A DNA stretch of 62,177 nucleotides, filler included, from Chiloscyllium plagiosum (taxonomy: Eukaryota): NCBI RefSeq assembly GCF_004010195.1. It is 4 parts of one record of this genome, joined end to end, with 100 filler letters (N's around TTAATTAATTAA, not from the genome) between each part and the next. Parts side by side here need not be neighbours in the genome. Positions count along the whole stretch, not along the records: positions 58,505 to 62,177 come from NC_057714.1; 3 more parts are not named here. One strand, given 5' to 3'. This document shows positions 61,754 to 62,177 of this stretch, piece after piece; position 1 is the first letter of the stretch; every line of letters starts with the position of its first letter. The notes beneath the pieces are model-generated. The model was not told the DNA's origin. It ran no database searches and worked only from the letters and a program-made list of their open reading frames with translations. A program made the translations under genes and the position numbers.

Positions 61754-62031
61754 CTGTTAATCTATATATAACCCACCCCAAAACCCTCGATTAGATTAGA
61801 GTCTGCAACTCCCTCCTGGGTATCTGGTATTCTGTATATAAACCACCCTGAACCCCTTGATTAGATTCCAGTCCGTAACGCGCTCCCAGGTATCTGTTAT
61901 TCTGTATATAAACCACCCTGAACACCTCAATGAGATTCCAGTCTGTAACTCCCTCCTGTGTTTTTGTTATTCTATATATGACCTACCCAAACCCCTTGAT
62001 TAGATTCCAGTTTGTAACTCCTCCTGGGTAT
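61754..62031 (+). repeat. 70-bp tandem satellite, about 4 units
   Basis: t(t/g)agatt recurs at 61791, 61861, 61931 and 62000. Confidence 0.92.
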
Positions 62032-62177
62032 ACAGTGTGTGGGCACAGTGTGTGTGGGCACAGTGTGTGTTGGTACAGTGGGTATGTGCAGTGGGTGTGG
62101 TTGCAGTGGGTGTGGGTACTGTGTGTGGGTGCAGTGGGTGTGGGTGCAGTGGGTGTGGGCGCAGTGGGTATGGGTGC
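62032..62177 (+). repeat. GT-rich ~15-bp minisatellite (gcagtgggtgtgggt)n
   Basis: Direct inspection; runs to the window end. Confidence 0.9.

Noticed and set aside
61754..62031. CRISPR-like array
   Set aside because: Whole 70-bp units repeat with no unique spacers, no cas genes, and the context is vertebrate.

Overview
Vertebrate genomic DNA, almost certainly from a shark. The evidence is HE1-type tRNA/V-SINEs with (TAATC)n tails, HER1/CR1 LINEs, a Deu-domain SINE and a 70-bp satellite; a carpet or bamboo shark is my inference. By eye, most of the window (well over three quarters) is nested transposon debris: many CR1 LINE fragments, a second CR1/L2-group LINE family, Rex1/L2-type and RTE LINEs, Gypsy remnants, and at least three families of Penelope-like elements (PLEs). 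One Gypsy element has the atypical Gmr1-like PR-INT-RT-RH order, and there are two solo LTRs. The PLE terminal repeats carry minimal hammerhead ribozyme motifs. Many PLE insertions are short fold-back or palindromic units flanked by mostly 11-16 bp target-site duplications (TSDs). Hidden in the repeats are five minus-strand exons, all phase 1-1 with GT-AG borders: an EGF-like exon (60302-60427), a three-exon cluster (57144-57233, 56843-57049, 56419-56487) and a coiled-coil exon (13641-14018). They splice into one open frame of a gene I cannot name. Three 100-bp gaps contain an artificial TTAATTAATTAA linker, so long-range contiguity is uncertain. Most ORF-track entries are transposon fragments or antisense noise. 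Repeat boundaries were read by eye and are approximate unless a TSD is quoted.
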